A stretch of 63,589 bases of DNA, filler included, from Squatina squatina (GCA_031763465.1; 3 parts of 3 records of this genome joined end to end with filler, not necessarily neighbours in it); one strand, 5' to 3'; counted from the first letter of the whole stretch, positions 1-11,221 are shown. The notes: generated from the letters alone by a model not told the origin. Made by a program: numbers and translations.

Positions 1-1
1 C

Positions 2-1039
2 TGGATCGATAGGAGCACATGGGCCATCATCATTGAAACCACCATCTACAATGCAAACGTTGACTTACTCTGTACCATCTCACTGATTTTGGAGACAGGC
101 CCTCTTGGTGTGGTCAGCAAGAAGTTGATGGTGAAACCCTTCTCCCTCAGGCTCTTTGAAAGGGATGAACTGAACTGGATCCTCATCAGTGTCCTCTTCA
201 TCCTCTTCTTCTTCATATTTGCCACAGATGAATGTAGGAAAATTAAACAAAAAGGTTATATCTACTTCCAGAAACTCAAAAACATTGCCAGCTTGGTGAT
301 GATAGTGCTACTGCTGGTGGCAATAGTCCTTTATGTGGCCAAGTTTGCATTGTCGCACAATATGTTAAGGTTCTACAAAAAGAATCCAACCACCTTCATT
401 GCTTTTCATGCTGTTTCCGCCTTGGATCAGCTACTCAGGTTCAATGTTACATTCCTAATTTTTGTCGCCATGCTGAAGTTGCTCAGCTACACACGGTTCC
501 TTTACGATGTGCGCTTAGCTCAAAAGGCCATTACGATAGCCTTTCCTGCTATCTGCTCCCTAGCTCTAATAATGGCAGTGTACTCCCTTATTTTTATGTC
601 ATTTGGCCACCTGCTCTTTGGTCAGTATGAAAACGGTTTCAATACCATGATCCATGCAGCACAGACCATTGTGTCTTACTACATAGGAAACTTTAAAAAC
701 ACAGAGTTTCCTTACAGCAGGGTTATTGGTGGCATCTACCTGGCATCCTTTCTCTTTGTTATGAATTGTATCCTGGTAAATCTCTTTGAATCAGTGGTCA
801 TTCTGTCCTATGGAGACGTGAGACAGTTCATCCATGAAAAGCCATCTGAGGAGGCAGAGGTGGCCAACTTTGGAGTGCAGGAATGCAGGCATCTCTGGTA
901 TGCATTGTGGAGAAAAACACCCCCAAAAGGTGGGAATGAGGTTCTGACAACTTTGTTTTATGGACGAGGTTCTGAAAGAACTTATGGGTTAAAGAGAAAG
1001 AAGGTGAAAGGGAAGAAGATGAACTACCTAGTTATCTGA
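2..1039 (+). CDS. PKDREJ: Polycystin family receptor for egg jelly-like protein, C-terminal channel domain (5'-partial, intronless here)
   Basis: The frame is open from position 2 (WIDRSTWAIIIETTIYNANVDLLCTISLILETGPLGVV...) through the listed 316-aa ORF. It has several TM helices, a polycystin pore region (GHLLFGQYENGFNTMIHAAQTIVSYYIG) and the end KKMNYLVI*, resembling the recalled PKDREJ C-terminus (GKKMVYLVV). No intron over >1 kb, as in PKDREJ. Confidence 0.85.
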   Translation, partial: WIDRSTWAIIIETTIYNANVDLLCTISLILETGPLGVVSKKLMVKPFSLRLFERDELNWILISVLFILFFFIFATDECRKIKQKGYIYFQKLKNIASLVMIVLLLVAIVLYVAKFALSHNMLRFYKKNPTTFIAFHAVSALDQLLRFNVTFLIFVAMLKLLSYTRFLYDVRLAQKAITIAFPAICSLALIMAVYSLIFMSFGHLLFGQYENGFNTMIHAAQTIVSYYIGNFKNTEFPYSRVIGGIYLASFLFVMNCILVNLFESVVILSYGDVRQFIHEKPSEEAEVANFGVQECRHLWYALWRKTPPKGGNEVLTTLFYGRGSERTYGLKRKKVKGKKMNYLVI

Positions 1040-1420
1040 TTACTCAGACCTACTGGCTAGGAATCTTCAAAAGGAATGTAACCCTAAAAGAGAAGGAAAG
1101 GCAGGCAGGGCATTGACTTTCAGTACANNNNNNNNNNNNNNNNNNNNNNNNNNNNNNNNNNNNNNNNNNNNNNNNNNNNNNNNNNNNNNNNNNNNNNNNN
1201 NNNNNNNNNNNNNNNNNNNNNNNNNNNAGGAGATCAGGTCTTCTTGAGTCAGATAAGGGTGGCATTCAATCTATTAAAGCAATCAGAACAAAAAAAAATT
1301 CTAAATTTCAATCAGGTTTCAATTTAGTTTCACAGAAAGAAAAATGGTGCATTACAGAATGCCATCCCATAAACCATAGTAAAATCTAGAATCCCATGAT
1401 TAAATAGATCTAAACATTAC

Positions 1421-1543
1421 CTGGTTGACTGCTGGTTTGTACTTCAGGTTCGGTTTATTTAGAATCCGCTCAATTTGTTCACGATTAAAGTTGGACACTC
1501 CTATAGCTTTAACCATTCCATTATCAACCAATTTTTCCATAGC
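1421..1543 (-). CDS. Aldo-keto reductase family 1B (aldose reductase-like) internal exon, 123 bp
   Basis: The minus strand reads cttcacag|[41 protein letters not shown]|gtaatg. Splice sites are canonical, phase 0-0. It matches the AKR1B exon-5 motif ([20 protein letters not shown]...). Not in the ORF track. Confidence 0.85.
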
Positions 1544-1988
1544 CTGTGAAGGAAAATGCTGCTGCTGCTAATGCATAATTCAATTAGATAATTAATGCTA
1601 GATTAAGACAAAGGCTATCCAGGATGCAGTGACATTCTTTCCATGTAATCAAAGTCAACAGATCAGCCTAGCAGGGAGGGAGACACTTAACAAAGTTAGA
1701 CATTTCAAAATGAGCTGCAAACACAAAAAACTAGACTCTTTCCACTTTAAAATACATCGACTCCAGATCTCTGCTGACAAATGAAGATGGCGGCTGCCAG
1801 TGCTCCGGCCCTCCCCTTTAAGAGGGCCCTTTTTTTCTGTTGCTGCAACCGACCAGCATGGCGGTTGCATCCCACAGGGAATTTCACANNNNNNNNNNNN
1901 NNNNNNNNNNNNNNNNNNNNNNNNNNNNNNNNNNNNNNNNNNNNNNNNNNNNNNNNNNNNNNNNNNNNNNNNNNNNNNNNNNNNNNNN

Positions 1989-4020
1989 GGACTGTGACCC
2001 CGGGTACGGGACTGTGACCCTAGGTACCCGAGTGCGACCCCGGATACGGGACTGTGACCCCGGGTACCTGAGTGTGATACCGGGTACGGGACTGTGACCC
2101 CGGGTGCACGAGTGCGGCCCCGGATACGGGACTGTGACCCCGGGTGCACAAGTGCGACCCCGGATACGGGACTGTGACCCCGGGTGCACGAGTGCAACCC
2201 CAGATATGGGACCGTGACCCCGGTATGGGTCTGTGACCCCGGGTACGGGACTGTGACCCCGGGTACGGGACTGTGACCCCGGGTACAGGACTGTGACCCC
2301 GGGTACGGGACTGTGACCCTAGGTACCCGAGTGCGACCCCGGATACGGGACTGTGACCCCGGGTGCACGAGTGCAACCCCGGATACGGGACCGTGACCCC
2401 GGTATGGGTCTGTGACCCCGGGTACGGGACTGTGACCCCGGGTACCCGAGTGTGATACCGGGTACAGGACTGTGACCCCAGGTACCCGAGTGAGACCCCG
2501 GGTATGGGACTGTGACCCCGGGTACCCGAGTGAGATACCGGGTACGGGACTGTGACCCCGGGTACGGGACTGTGACCCAGGGTGCACGAGTGCGACCCCG
2601 GATACGGGACTGTGACCCCCGGTGCACGAGTGCAACCCCGGACACGGGACCGTGACCCTGGGTACGGGACTGTGACCTCGGGTAGCCGAGTGCAACCCCG
2701 GACACGGGACCATGACCCCGGGTACGGGACTGTGACCCCGGGTACCCGAGTGCGCCCCCGGGTACGGGACTGTGACCCTGGGTAGCCGAGCGCGACCCCG
2801 GATACGGGACCGTGACCCCGGGTACCCGAGCACGCCCCTGGGTACGGGACTGTGACCCCGGGTACCCGAGTGCGGCCCTGGGTACGGGTCTGTGACCCCA
2901 GGTACCCGAGTTAGACCCCGGGTACGGGTCTGTGACCCCGGGTACGGGACTGTGACCCCGGGTACCCGAGCACGCCCCCGGGTACGGGACTGTGACCCCG
3001 GGTACCCGAGTGTGGCCCTGGGTACGGGTCTGTGACCCCAGGTACCCGAGTGAGACCCCAGGTACGGGACTGTGACCCCAGGTACCCGGGTGCGACCCCG
3101 GGTACGGGACTGTGACCCCGGGTACGGGACTGTGACCCCGGGTACCCGAGTGTGATACCGGGTACGGGACTGTGACTCCGGGTACCCGAGTGCGGCCCCG
3201 GGTACGGGACTGTGACCCCGGGTACCCGAGTGAGACCCCGGGTACGGGACTGTGACTCCGGGTACCCGAGTGCGGCCCCGGGTACGGGACTGTGACTCCG
3301 GGTACCCGAGTGCGGCCCCGGGTACGGGACTGTGACCCCGGGTACGGGACTGTGACCCCGGGTACGGGACTGTGACCCCGGGTACCCGAGTGTGATACCG
3401 GGTACAGGACTGTGACCCCGGGTACCCGAGTGCGGCCCCGGGTACGGGACTGTGACCCCGGGTATGGGACTGTGACTCCGGGTACCCGAGTGCGGCCCAG
3501 GGTACGGGACTGTGACCCCGGGTATGGGACTGTGACTCCGGGTACCCGAGTTCGGCCCCGGGTACTGGACTGTGACCCCGGGTGCACGAGTGCGACCCCA
3601 GCTACGGGACTGTGACGCCGGGTATATGGGTGCGACATCGGGTACGGGACTGTGACCCCAGGTACGGGACTGTGACCTCTGTGTCCGGGACTGTGACCCC
3701 CGGTATGGAACTGTGGTCCCGGGTCCGGGAGTATCACCCCCGGGTCTGGTACTGTGGCCCCCAGGTCCGGGAGTATCACCCCCGGGTCCGGGACTGTGAC
3801 CCCCGAGGTCCGGGATTATCACCCCCGGGTCCGGGACTGTGACCCCGGGTCTGGGACTGTGACCCCCGGGTCCGGGAATATCACCCCCGGGCTGTGACCC
3901 CCAGGTCCAGGAGTATCACCCCCAGGACCGGAACTATGACCCCCAAGTCCGGGACTGTGACCCTCGAGTCCGGGAGTGCGAACCCCGAGTCCGGGAATGT
4001 GACCCCCGGTACGGGAGTAT
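1989..4020. repeat. GC-rich tandem satellite: 20-bp units A (GGGTACGGGACTGTGACCCC) and B (GGGTACCCGAGTGCGGCCCC and variants), about 100 units
   Basis: Periodicity is directly visible. The array degenerates into ~21-bp GGGTCCGGGAGTATCACCCC-type units after ~3680. It explains all the Pro/Gly/Arg-rich ORFs between 1655 and 4187. Confidence 0.97.
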
Positions 4021-4664
4021 GTGGGGTGGCGGGGAGGGGGTGTCCTTGCCTGACACACTGCTAGTAGAAACTGCCCAGGAAGAAAATCCTTGCCCATGAG
4101 TTGTGAGTTGCTCTCATCAAAAGAATCAAAAGCAGCAGCTGGATATTCGCGGCGGCCAGTGGCATCAATGCACATTCTACTTCTCACTCCCTTTCAACAG
4201 GGCTTGTGCTTTTAATGGGGGATAATCGCTAAGGCTATAAATGCTGGCACAGCCTCGCTCTGTCGCAATCGCTCTTTCTCTTTATCATCAGTGAGATAAA
4301 TATCAGCAATACCCAGTAGAGCCTCTACATACAGAAAGTCGTGATTCTCAGGCAGGAGACTGTAGTCTACGACACGAGACGCCTGCTGATTATGAGGGAT
4401 TTGTTATCTGCCTGACTGTACCTCTCTGTGTAGCAGCCTTTTATATTTCGATATTTGCACGTGTTATACCAGGAGGTGCCAAGAAAGACAAACTTCATCA
4501 TATAGAAATGATATGATTATATGGCAAACACACAGTGAATTACTTGATGTGTAGTGACTGTTGGAGGGACAAATGAAAACATCTTCAGAAGATTAGGACA
4601 CAGGATGCAATGTTACAACTGATGTTCGCGTTAGAAAAAAAATGTAGAGTATTTTTATGTAATA

Positions 4665-4780
4665 TAAGAACAGAAAATGCTGGAAATACTCAACAGGTCA
4701 GGCAGCATCAGTGGATAACAAAACAATCAACATTTCAGGTGTGATTTCAGATTTCCAGCATCCACAATATTTTGTTTTTG
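4665..4780 (+). mobile_element. Short Penelope-related terminal-repeat remnant
   Basis: Reads aagaacagaaaatgctggaaatactcaacaggtcaggcagcatc...atttcagatttccagcatc. Related copies at 56643-56755 and, more degraded, at ~41200-41270, 41740-41840 and 42045-42145. Confidence 0.5.
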
Positions 4781-4802
4781 TATAAGTATTTTTATTTGCT
4801 AG

Positions 4803-4925
4803 GCCCTGGAAGCGTGTAAAGATGCTGGTTTGGTGAAGTCGATTGGTGTGTCAAATTTCAATCGCAGACAGTTGGAGCAGATCCTGAACAAACCAGGCCT
4901 GAAGTACAAGCCAGCAGTAAACCAG
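4803..4925 (+). CDS. AKR1D1: AKR1D1-like (delta4-3-ketosteroid 5-beta-reductase) exon, 123 bp
   Basis: ttgctag|[41 protein letters not shown]|gtactg. Canonical splice sites; the [11 protein letters not shown] motif is typical of AKR1D/1C. Splices in frame to 6576-6685. Confidence 0.82.
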
Positions 4926-4980
4926 GTACTGTCCAGTTACAACATGTAGTGTTATGGTGTTGTAGTCCTACTTATTCCAG

Positions 4981-6330
4981 CAGATTGAGTGACACCTTCA
5001 CCCTAAAGGAGGCCTTCCTGACTGGCTATACCTTCCACCACTTACCCCACAGTAGCGGTGTGCCTCTTATCACCAAATCACACCTTGGTCTGTTCCACTA
5101 CTCCTCTGGAACCTTCTCCTTTGAGCATCTCACCTTGCTCCATCCCTCTCACCACTCATTTAAAATCCTCAGTCTCTACCGCCCACCCAAGTTCCATGCC
5201 AATTTTTTCATCAACATATCTTCACTGCTTTCCTCCCTCAGCCTCTGCACCGAGTGACTTCTCATCCTCGATGATTTCAAACTCCATCTCAAGTCATCAT
5301 GTTCTCTCCCTCCTCTGAATTCACTACCCTCCTATCCTCCCTTAATCTCTCCCTCTATATAAACTCCCCTGTCCATATTGGCGACCACATCGTTGACCTT
5401 GCCATCTCATGACCTCGCTACTCCCATTGTGTCAATCACAGATAAGGCCATGTCTGATCAATTCCTTGTATCACTCTCCACCCACATCCCACTGCCCCCT
5501 CTCAACCTCACTTCCTTCTATGTCTGCCCCTGAAAAAACTCTCACCCAAATCACTTACAACTGCACTTTTTTAAATTCCCAACTGTCTAGCCTTTGGCCT
5601 GCCATTCAGCATGACACTTCTGCAGTGACCAATATGTTCAATCACACCCTCCTAGTCCCGATTAAAATCATTACACTTTCTCACCCTGGCCGTTCCTCCG
5701 GTACGGCCCTCATCTCCGCTCCCTTAAGTCAAAGGGACGCAGACTTGAACCAGACGGCAGACAACTGGTTTAGCCATTCACTGCCAGATCGGGCTGGCCA
5801 CATAAAGCATTATCAGGTCTTGTTTTCCTCTGCCAAAACTGCTCACTATTCCAGGATCAGCCTGGAATGCAAAAAAAAACCTCCATATTTTTTTCTCCAC
5901 TACAAACCATCATCTTAAACCCCTCTCCTGTGCCTCCTCCACCCCCAACAAGTGCAAGGAGCTCATGGACTCGTCTCTAAGATTGAGAGCATTCGATCAG
6001 CTGCCTCTGCCACCTCCCTCCCTCCCCCTAGTCCGCAGGGCCAAACTTCCCCTAAGGTTCCCCCTGCACTAGCCCTGAACTCACATCTTTCTCCAATTTG
6101 CCCGATCTCCCTCATGCCCTCACTGAGTTTTTCTTGTCCATGAGACCTGCCTCCTGCTCCCTTGACCCTATTCTTACCAAACTGCTGACCACCCAATTTC
6201 CGTTCCTAGCTCCCATGTTAGCTGATATTGTCAACGGTTCCCTTTCCTCAGATACTGTCCCCCCTACCCTTGAAATCTGCCACCATCACATGCTCCTCAA
6301 ACATTCCACCCTTGACACTCATGTCCTTGA
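4981..6330 (+). mobile_element. Degenerate L2-clade LINE ORF2 fragment (endonuclease to start of RT) in the AKR1D1 intron
   Basis: Frameshifted motifs SFEHLTLLHPSHHSFKILSLYRPP, LILDDF and MRPASCSLDPILTKLL...LADIVNGSLSSDTVP. Homologous to the copy at 53690-54433. Confidence 0.8.
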
Positions 6331-6400
6331 CTCCCTCCTCCCCGATTCCTGATTCCTTGACTCCCCCGCCCCGACTCCCCCCGTTCCCGAATCCTGCTAA

Positions 6401-6466
6401 GTCCTGGAGTGACTTGAACTCAATCTGGCCAGACTGGAGTGAGAGTGCTACCCACTGAGACAGACT
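6401..6466 (-). mobile_element. Isolated tRNA-derived SINE head (pol III A/B-box-like)
   Basis: The reverse complement reads agtctgtctcagtgggtagcactctcactccagtctggccagattgagttcaagtcactccaggac. A near-identical copy lies at 7351-7417. Confidence 0.6.
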
Positions 6467-6575
6467 GAAGGCCCTTTATACTGAGTGTAATCTACACAGA
6501 ATGATGCAAGGCCAATAACTGTGTCCCCTGCTCCAAATTACAAGAGGCTTTTTCTCTTTGTCTTTTTCTGCTCAG

Positions 6576-6685
6576 GTCGAATGTCATCCGTACTTTATTC
6601 AGCCTAAGTTAAAGGAATTTTGTGACTCCCATGGCATTGTCATTGTGGGCTACAGTCCCCTGGGAACCTGTCGTGACTCTCTCTG
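6576..6685 (+). CDS. AKR1D1: AKR1D1-like next exon, 110 bp
   Basis: tctttttctgctcag|[36 protein letters not shown](W)|gtaagc. Has the AKR motifs VECHPY and YSPLG; YF.QPKL resembles AKR1D1. Confidence 0.82.
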
Positions 6686-7282
6686 GTAAGCAGTTTTGTG
6701 GCTTTCTTCTCCCCTTCTCTCTGAGGTGCGCACTCCCTGCTGGGGTACAGTTCCATGGGCAACTTGCCCAACTGACCATTCTTCACGTTTGAAGACAGTG
6801 AGGCAGACTGAGGTCAGTCATTGTGCCTCAGCTACTGCAGTGGTTGAGATCAGATATCTTCACATGGATCTATATCCTAAGTCGGTTTGTTGGGTTGTAA
6901 ACTCAGCCCCCTTGACTCCGCAGGGTAGAGTCTGTGACCAGCAGCAATTGCTGAACAGCTGGGTAAGCACAAGCCTCTCTCCAGCTCAGCTATTCCAAGC
7001 CCACCTTAGTGAGGTTAACATTCTCTTGACCTTTGCATTGCTGAGGAGGTCACAGCTCAGCAATGTTCAAACCTTGTTGCTATAAAAATAGCTGCAGCTT
7101 TTAGATTGGGCAATTTATCTCTCTCACCGACAGCACTTAACCTCCACAGACACATTTCTTACCCAATGTGATGCCATACATGTGCAGTTTCCAACAGCAA
7201 GGACTAGATATAATCTGGGCCAGGAATATTGACTGATTATTCTCCTTCAGTAGCCAAGGGCACTGAGGCCAATTGTAATACC

Positions 7283-7788
7283 ATAGTTCCTCAGTGGGTA
7301 GCACTCATGCACCTAAATCAGAAGATCATGGGTTAAAGCCCCACTTCAGAGTCCTGGAGTGAGCTTGAACTCAATCTGGCCAGCATGGAGTGAGAGTGCT
7401 ACCCACTGAGACAGACTCCATGCCGACACTTCAGTACAGACCTGAAGGATTGTTGCACTGTCGGAGGTGCCGTCTTTCAGGGGAGATGTTAAACCGAGGC
7501 CACATCTACCCTCTCAAGTGAACATTAAAGATCCCATAGCACTAATTATAGAAGAGCAGGGGTGTTCTCCCTGGTGTCCTGCCCAACATTTATCCCAAAA
7601 CCAATATCACTAAAACAGATTACATGTTGATTTATCTCATTGCTGTTTATGGGAGCTTGCTGTGGCTGCTGCGTTTCATACATTACAACAGTGATTGCAG
7701 TTCAAAAATACTTAATGGGCTGTAAAGCATGTTGGGACATCCTGAGATCATCAAAGACATTATATAAATGTAAATCTTTCTTTTTTTC
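7283..7788 (+). mobile_element. SacSINE1/DeuSINE-type SINE, near full length, interrupted by an inverted SINE head
   Basis: tRNA-like head, then the Deu core ggaggtgccgtctttc...ttaaaccgaggc...aaagatcccatagcact...gaagagcagggg, then the tail ggctgtaaagc...tatataaatgtaaatctttc. Confidence 0.8.
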
Positions 7789-7854
7789 ACGTCCACTACC
7801 TTATGTGTATCACAGTTTTGCCTCAGAAAGGAGGGCCATCTCAAAACACAGCAC

Positions 7855-9653
7855 ATGGCTGCCAGAGCTGTTAGACTGGGCCTCCGGCAGATAGTGAGAG
7901 AACCAACACGAGAGAAAAACCTACTTGACCTCATCCTCACCAATCTACCTGTCGCAGATGCATCTGTCCATGAGTGCATTGGTAGCAGTGACCACCGTAT
8001 AGTCCTTGTGGAGATGAAGTCCCATCTTCACACAGAGGACATCCTCCATCATGTTGTGTACCACTACCATCGTGCTAAATGGGATAGATTCAGAACAGAC
8101 CTAACAGTTCAAAACTGGGCATCCATGAGGCACTGTGGGCCATCAGCAACAGTAGAATTGTATTCCATCACAATATGTAACCCCATGGCCCGGCATATCC
8201 CTCACTCTACCATTCCCATCAAGTCAGGGGACCAATACTGGTTCAATGAGAGGTGTAGAAGAGCATGCCAGGAGCGGCATCAGACGTACCTAAAAATGAA
8301 GTACCAACGTGGGGAAGCTGCAACACAGGACTACATGCATGCTAAATAGCGACGGCAGCATCCTACAGACAGAGCTAAGTGATCCCACAATCAACGGATC
8401 AGATCAAAGCTCTGCAGTCCTGCCACATCCAATCATGAATGGTGGTGGACAATTAAACAACCAACTCCATGAATATCCTCATCCTCAATGATGGTGGAAC
8501 CCAGCACACAGGTGGACAAGGCTGAAGCGTCTGCAACCATCTGCAGCCAAGTGCGAGTGGATGATCCATCTTGGCCTTCTCCTGAGGTTCCCACCATCAC
8601 AGAAGCCAGTCTTCAGCCAATTCGAATAACTCAATGTGATATCAAGAAATGGCTGAGTGCATTGGATACAGCAAAGGCTATGGTCCCTGGCAACATCCCA
8701 GCTGCAGTGAAGACTTGTGCTCCAGAACTAGCCGTGCCTCTAGCCAAGCTGTTCCAGTGCAGCTACAACATTAACATCTACCCGACAATGTGGAAAACTG
8801 CCCAGGTATGTCCTGTCCACAAAAAGCAGGACAAATCCAATCCAGGCAATTACCGCCCCATCAGTCTACTTTCAATCCTCAGCAAAGTGATGGAAGGTGT
8901 CGTCGACAGTGCTATCAAGCAGCACTTACTCACCAATGACCTTCTCACTGATGTGTAGTTTGGGTTCTGCCAGAACCTCTCGGCTTCAGACCTAATTACA
9001 GCATTGGTCCAAACATGGACAAAAGAGCTGAATTCCAGAAGTGAGGTGAGAGTGACTGCCCTTGACATCATTTGACTGAGTGTGACATCAAGGAGCCCTA
9101 GTAAAAATGAAATCAATGGGAATCAGGGGGGAAACTCTCCACTGGCTGGAGTCATACATAGCACAAAGGAAGATGGTTGTGGTTGTTGGAGGCCAATCAT
9201 CTCAGCCCAGGACATCACTGCAGGAGTTCCTCAGGACAGCGTCCTCGGCCCAACTATCTTCAGCTGCTTCATCAATGGCCTTCCCTCCATCATAAGGTCA
9301 GAAGTGGAGATGTTCACTGATGATTGCGCAGTGTTCAGTTCTATTTGCAATTTCTCAGAAAATGAAGCAATCCATACCCACATACAGCAAGACCTAGACA
9401 ACATTCAAGCTTGGGCTGATAAGTGGCAAGTAAAATTTGTGCCACACAAGTGCCAGGCAATGACTATCTCCAACAAGCGAGAGTCTGAACGCATCCACTT
9501 GACATTCAATGGCATTACCATCGTTGAATCCCCCATCACGAACATCCTGGGGGTCACCATTGACCAGAAACTTAAATGGACCAGCCACATAAATACTGTG
9601 GCTACAAGAGCAGGTCAGAGGCTGGGTATTCTGTGGCGAGTGTCTCACCTCCT
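7855..9653 (+). mobile_element. Degenerate CR1-group LINE ORF2 (endonuclease C-terminus plus reverse transcriptase)
   Basis: Motifs PTREKNLLDLILTN, SDHRIV, NYRPISLLSILSKVME, GVPQDSVLGP, MFTDD and ILGVTIDQKLKWTSHI are spread over three ORFs broken by stops and frameshifts. Confidence 0.9.
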
Positions 9654-9753
9654 NNNNNNNNNNNNNNNNNNNNNNNNNNNNNNNNNNNNNNNNNNNNNNN
9701 NNNNNNNNNNNNNNNNNNNNNNNNNNNNNNNNNNNNNNNNNNNNNNNNNNNNN

Positions 9754-10458
9754 GTACAGAATACACCGTAAAGATTGACCATAAAAGTATGAAATTCCCC
9801 GAGATAAGAAACAGCAAAATTATGGATTTTCTTTGGCTCTCCATCTCAGAGTCACTGCGACTCTCCCCACTCCTGTGACCTTGGAGTCTCCTGCGGGCTC
9901 TGCTGGCCACCAAGATGTGTCTGACTGTTAAAGCATTGAGCAGCAGAATGAGAAAAATTGGGACACATGGGGTGAGAACATAATGAAGGAACTCGATGGC
10001 TGCCCACTTTTGTGAGTACCGAACCCACGTTGTTACACGACAAAACCAGGGTTCATTCAGAAGCCAATATTGATTTGTTAATATATAATACCAATAAATG
10101 TTCTTTAAACAGCTAATCACAGACACAGTTCCTAGCACCATAGCTGTCATTTTTTCGGTGCAATATTTAGCTTTCAACTTCCAACAACAAATTGCCACAA
10201 AACGATCAAATGTGAAACTGACGGTGAACCAGACAGCACAGTCTGTGGCTGCATAAAGCAGGATAGCATGGATATTACACAAGGGGATTTTCTGCATGAA
10301 CCAAAACTGACGCCTGTAAATAATCGGAATATGCCTCAGTATCATATCGAGTATAATGACCAGTAGATCTGCTGCGGCCATGGCCACCAGGTAACGAGTG
10401 ACGCATTTGGAGAGTCCACACTTTCCCCGCGACAGGATCACAATCGTCAATAAATTAA
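9754..10458 (-). CDS. GPR139/GPR142-like class A GPCR, main coding exon (TM1 end to TM6; 3' end lost in gap)
   Basis: Acceptor ttccgttcctcacag| followed by (V)NLLTIVILSRGKCGLSKCVTRYLVAMAAADLLVII...VWFTVSFTFDRFVAIC...LILLLNALTVRHILVASRARRRL...SIILLFLISGNFILLW. The frame is intact up to the gap. Confidence 0.85.
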
Positions 10459-10824
10459 CTGTGAGGAACGGAAATAAACAGGGAAATTATACACCAGACT
10501 GCGATCAAAGTTAACAGTTTGACTGAGTAATTACTGAGCTTTGCCATTGTATTATTGTTTCCAATGATTTATTGAAATGATTGCAGCTGTGACAGTGTTT
10601 TCTTCTGGAGGTGGGGGTTGCCATTCGAAGAGGACAAACTTATATGGAAGTTAATAGACTAACACATGAGGAACAGCAGTTTGTCAGAGATCAGTTGAAG
10701 GTTGCTACTGAGCTGACAGTATTGTTCATGGTCCAGTGTAAAGAGATGAGTGTTGCAGCAAATAATGAAGATCTTAAGAGCTAAGCTTCAGTTTGGAAGG
10801 TAGACCTGAGCACAATTTCTGGAA

Positions 10825-11221
10825 TATCAGCCCAGATTCCTGCTCCTGATCATTAGGCAGTGATTCTGGCTCAGTCTGGGTGAATCAGTCCAGGTTTCGG
10901 CTCCTTATCATTACCAATTGGCCCTCAGTTGGATTGGGTATCATCCCAGGATCCAGATCACGTTAATTACCCAGTGACCCTCGGTTTGTACGGGGGGAAA
11001 GAGCCCAGGTTCTTGCTCATGACCATTACCGTGTGACCCTGGGTTAGTAAGGGGGAAACAGCCCAGGATCCAGCTCACGATAATTACCCAGTGACACTGG
11101 GTTAGTATGGGGGAAACAGCCCAGGTTTCAGCTCAGCATAATTACCCAGTGACCCTGGGTTAGTACGGGGGAAACAGCCCAGGTTCCAGTTCATGATCAG
11201 TACCCAGTGACACTGGGTTAA
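10825..11221. repeat. ~60-bp minisatellite (cagcccaggttccagctcatgatcattacccagtgaccctgggttagtacgggggaaa)
   Basis: About 6-7 copies, more homogeneous toward the gap at 11222. Confidence 0.88.

Noticed and set aside
1989-3700. CRISPR-like array (constant 20-mer alternating with a variable 20-mer)
   Set aside because: The 'spacers' are variants of the same unit and recur many times. There are no cas genes and the context is a vertebrate intron.
1655-4187. Long Pro/Gly/Arg-rich ORFs (up to 486 aa) as a collagen- or mucin-like gene
   Set aside because: They are a by-product of a 20-bp repeat cycling through frames with few stops; all frames give the same peptides.
7283-7350. tRNA gene
   Set aside because: It is a degenerate tRNA-derived SINE head that continues into the Deu domain; there is no complete cloverleaf.
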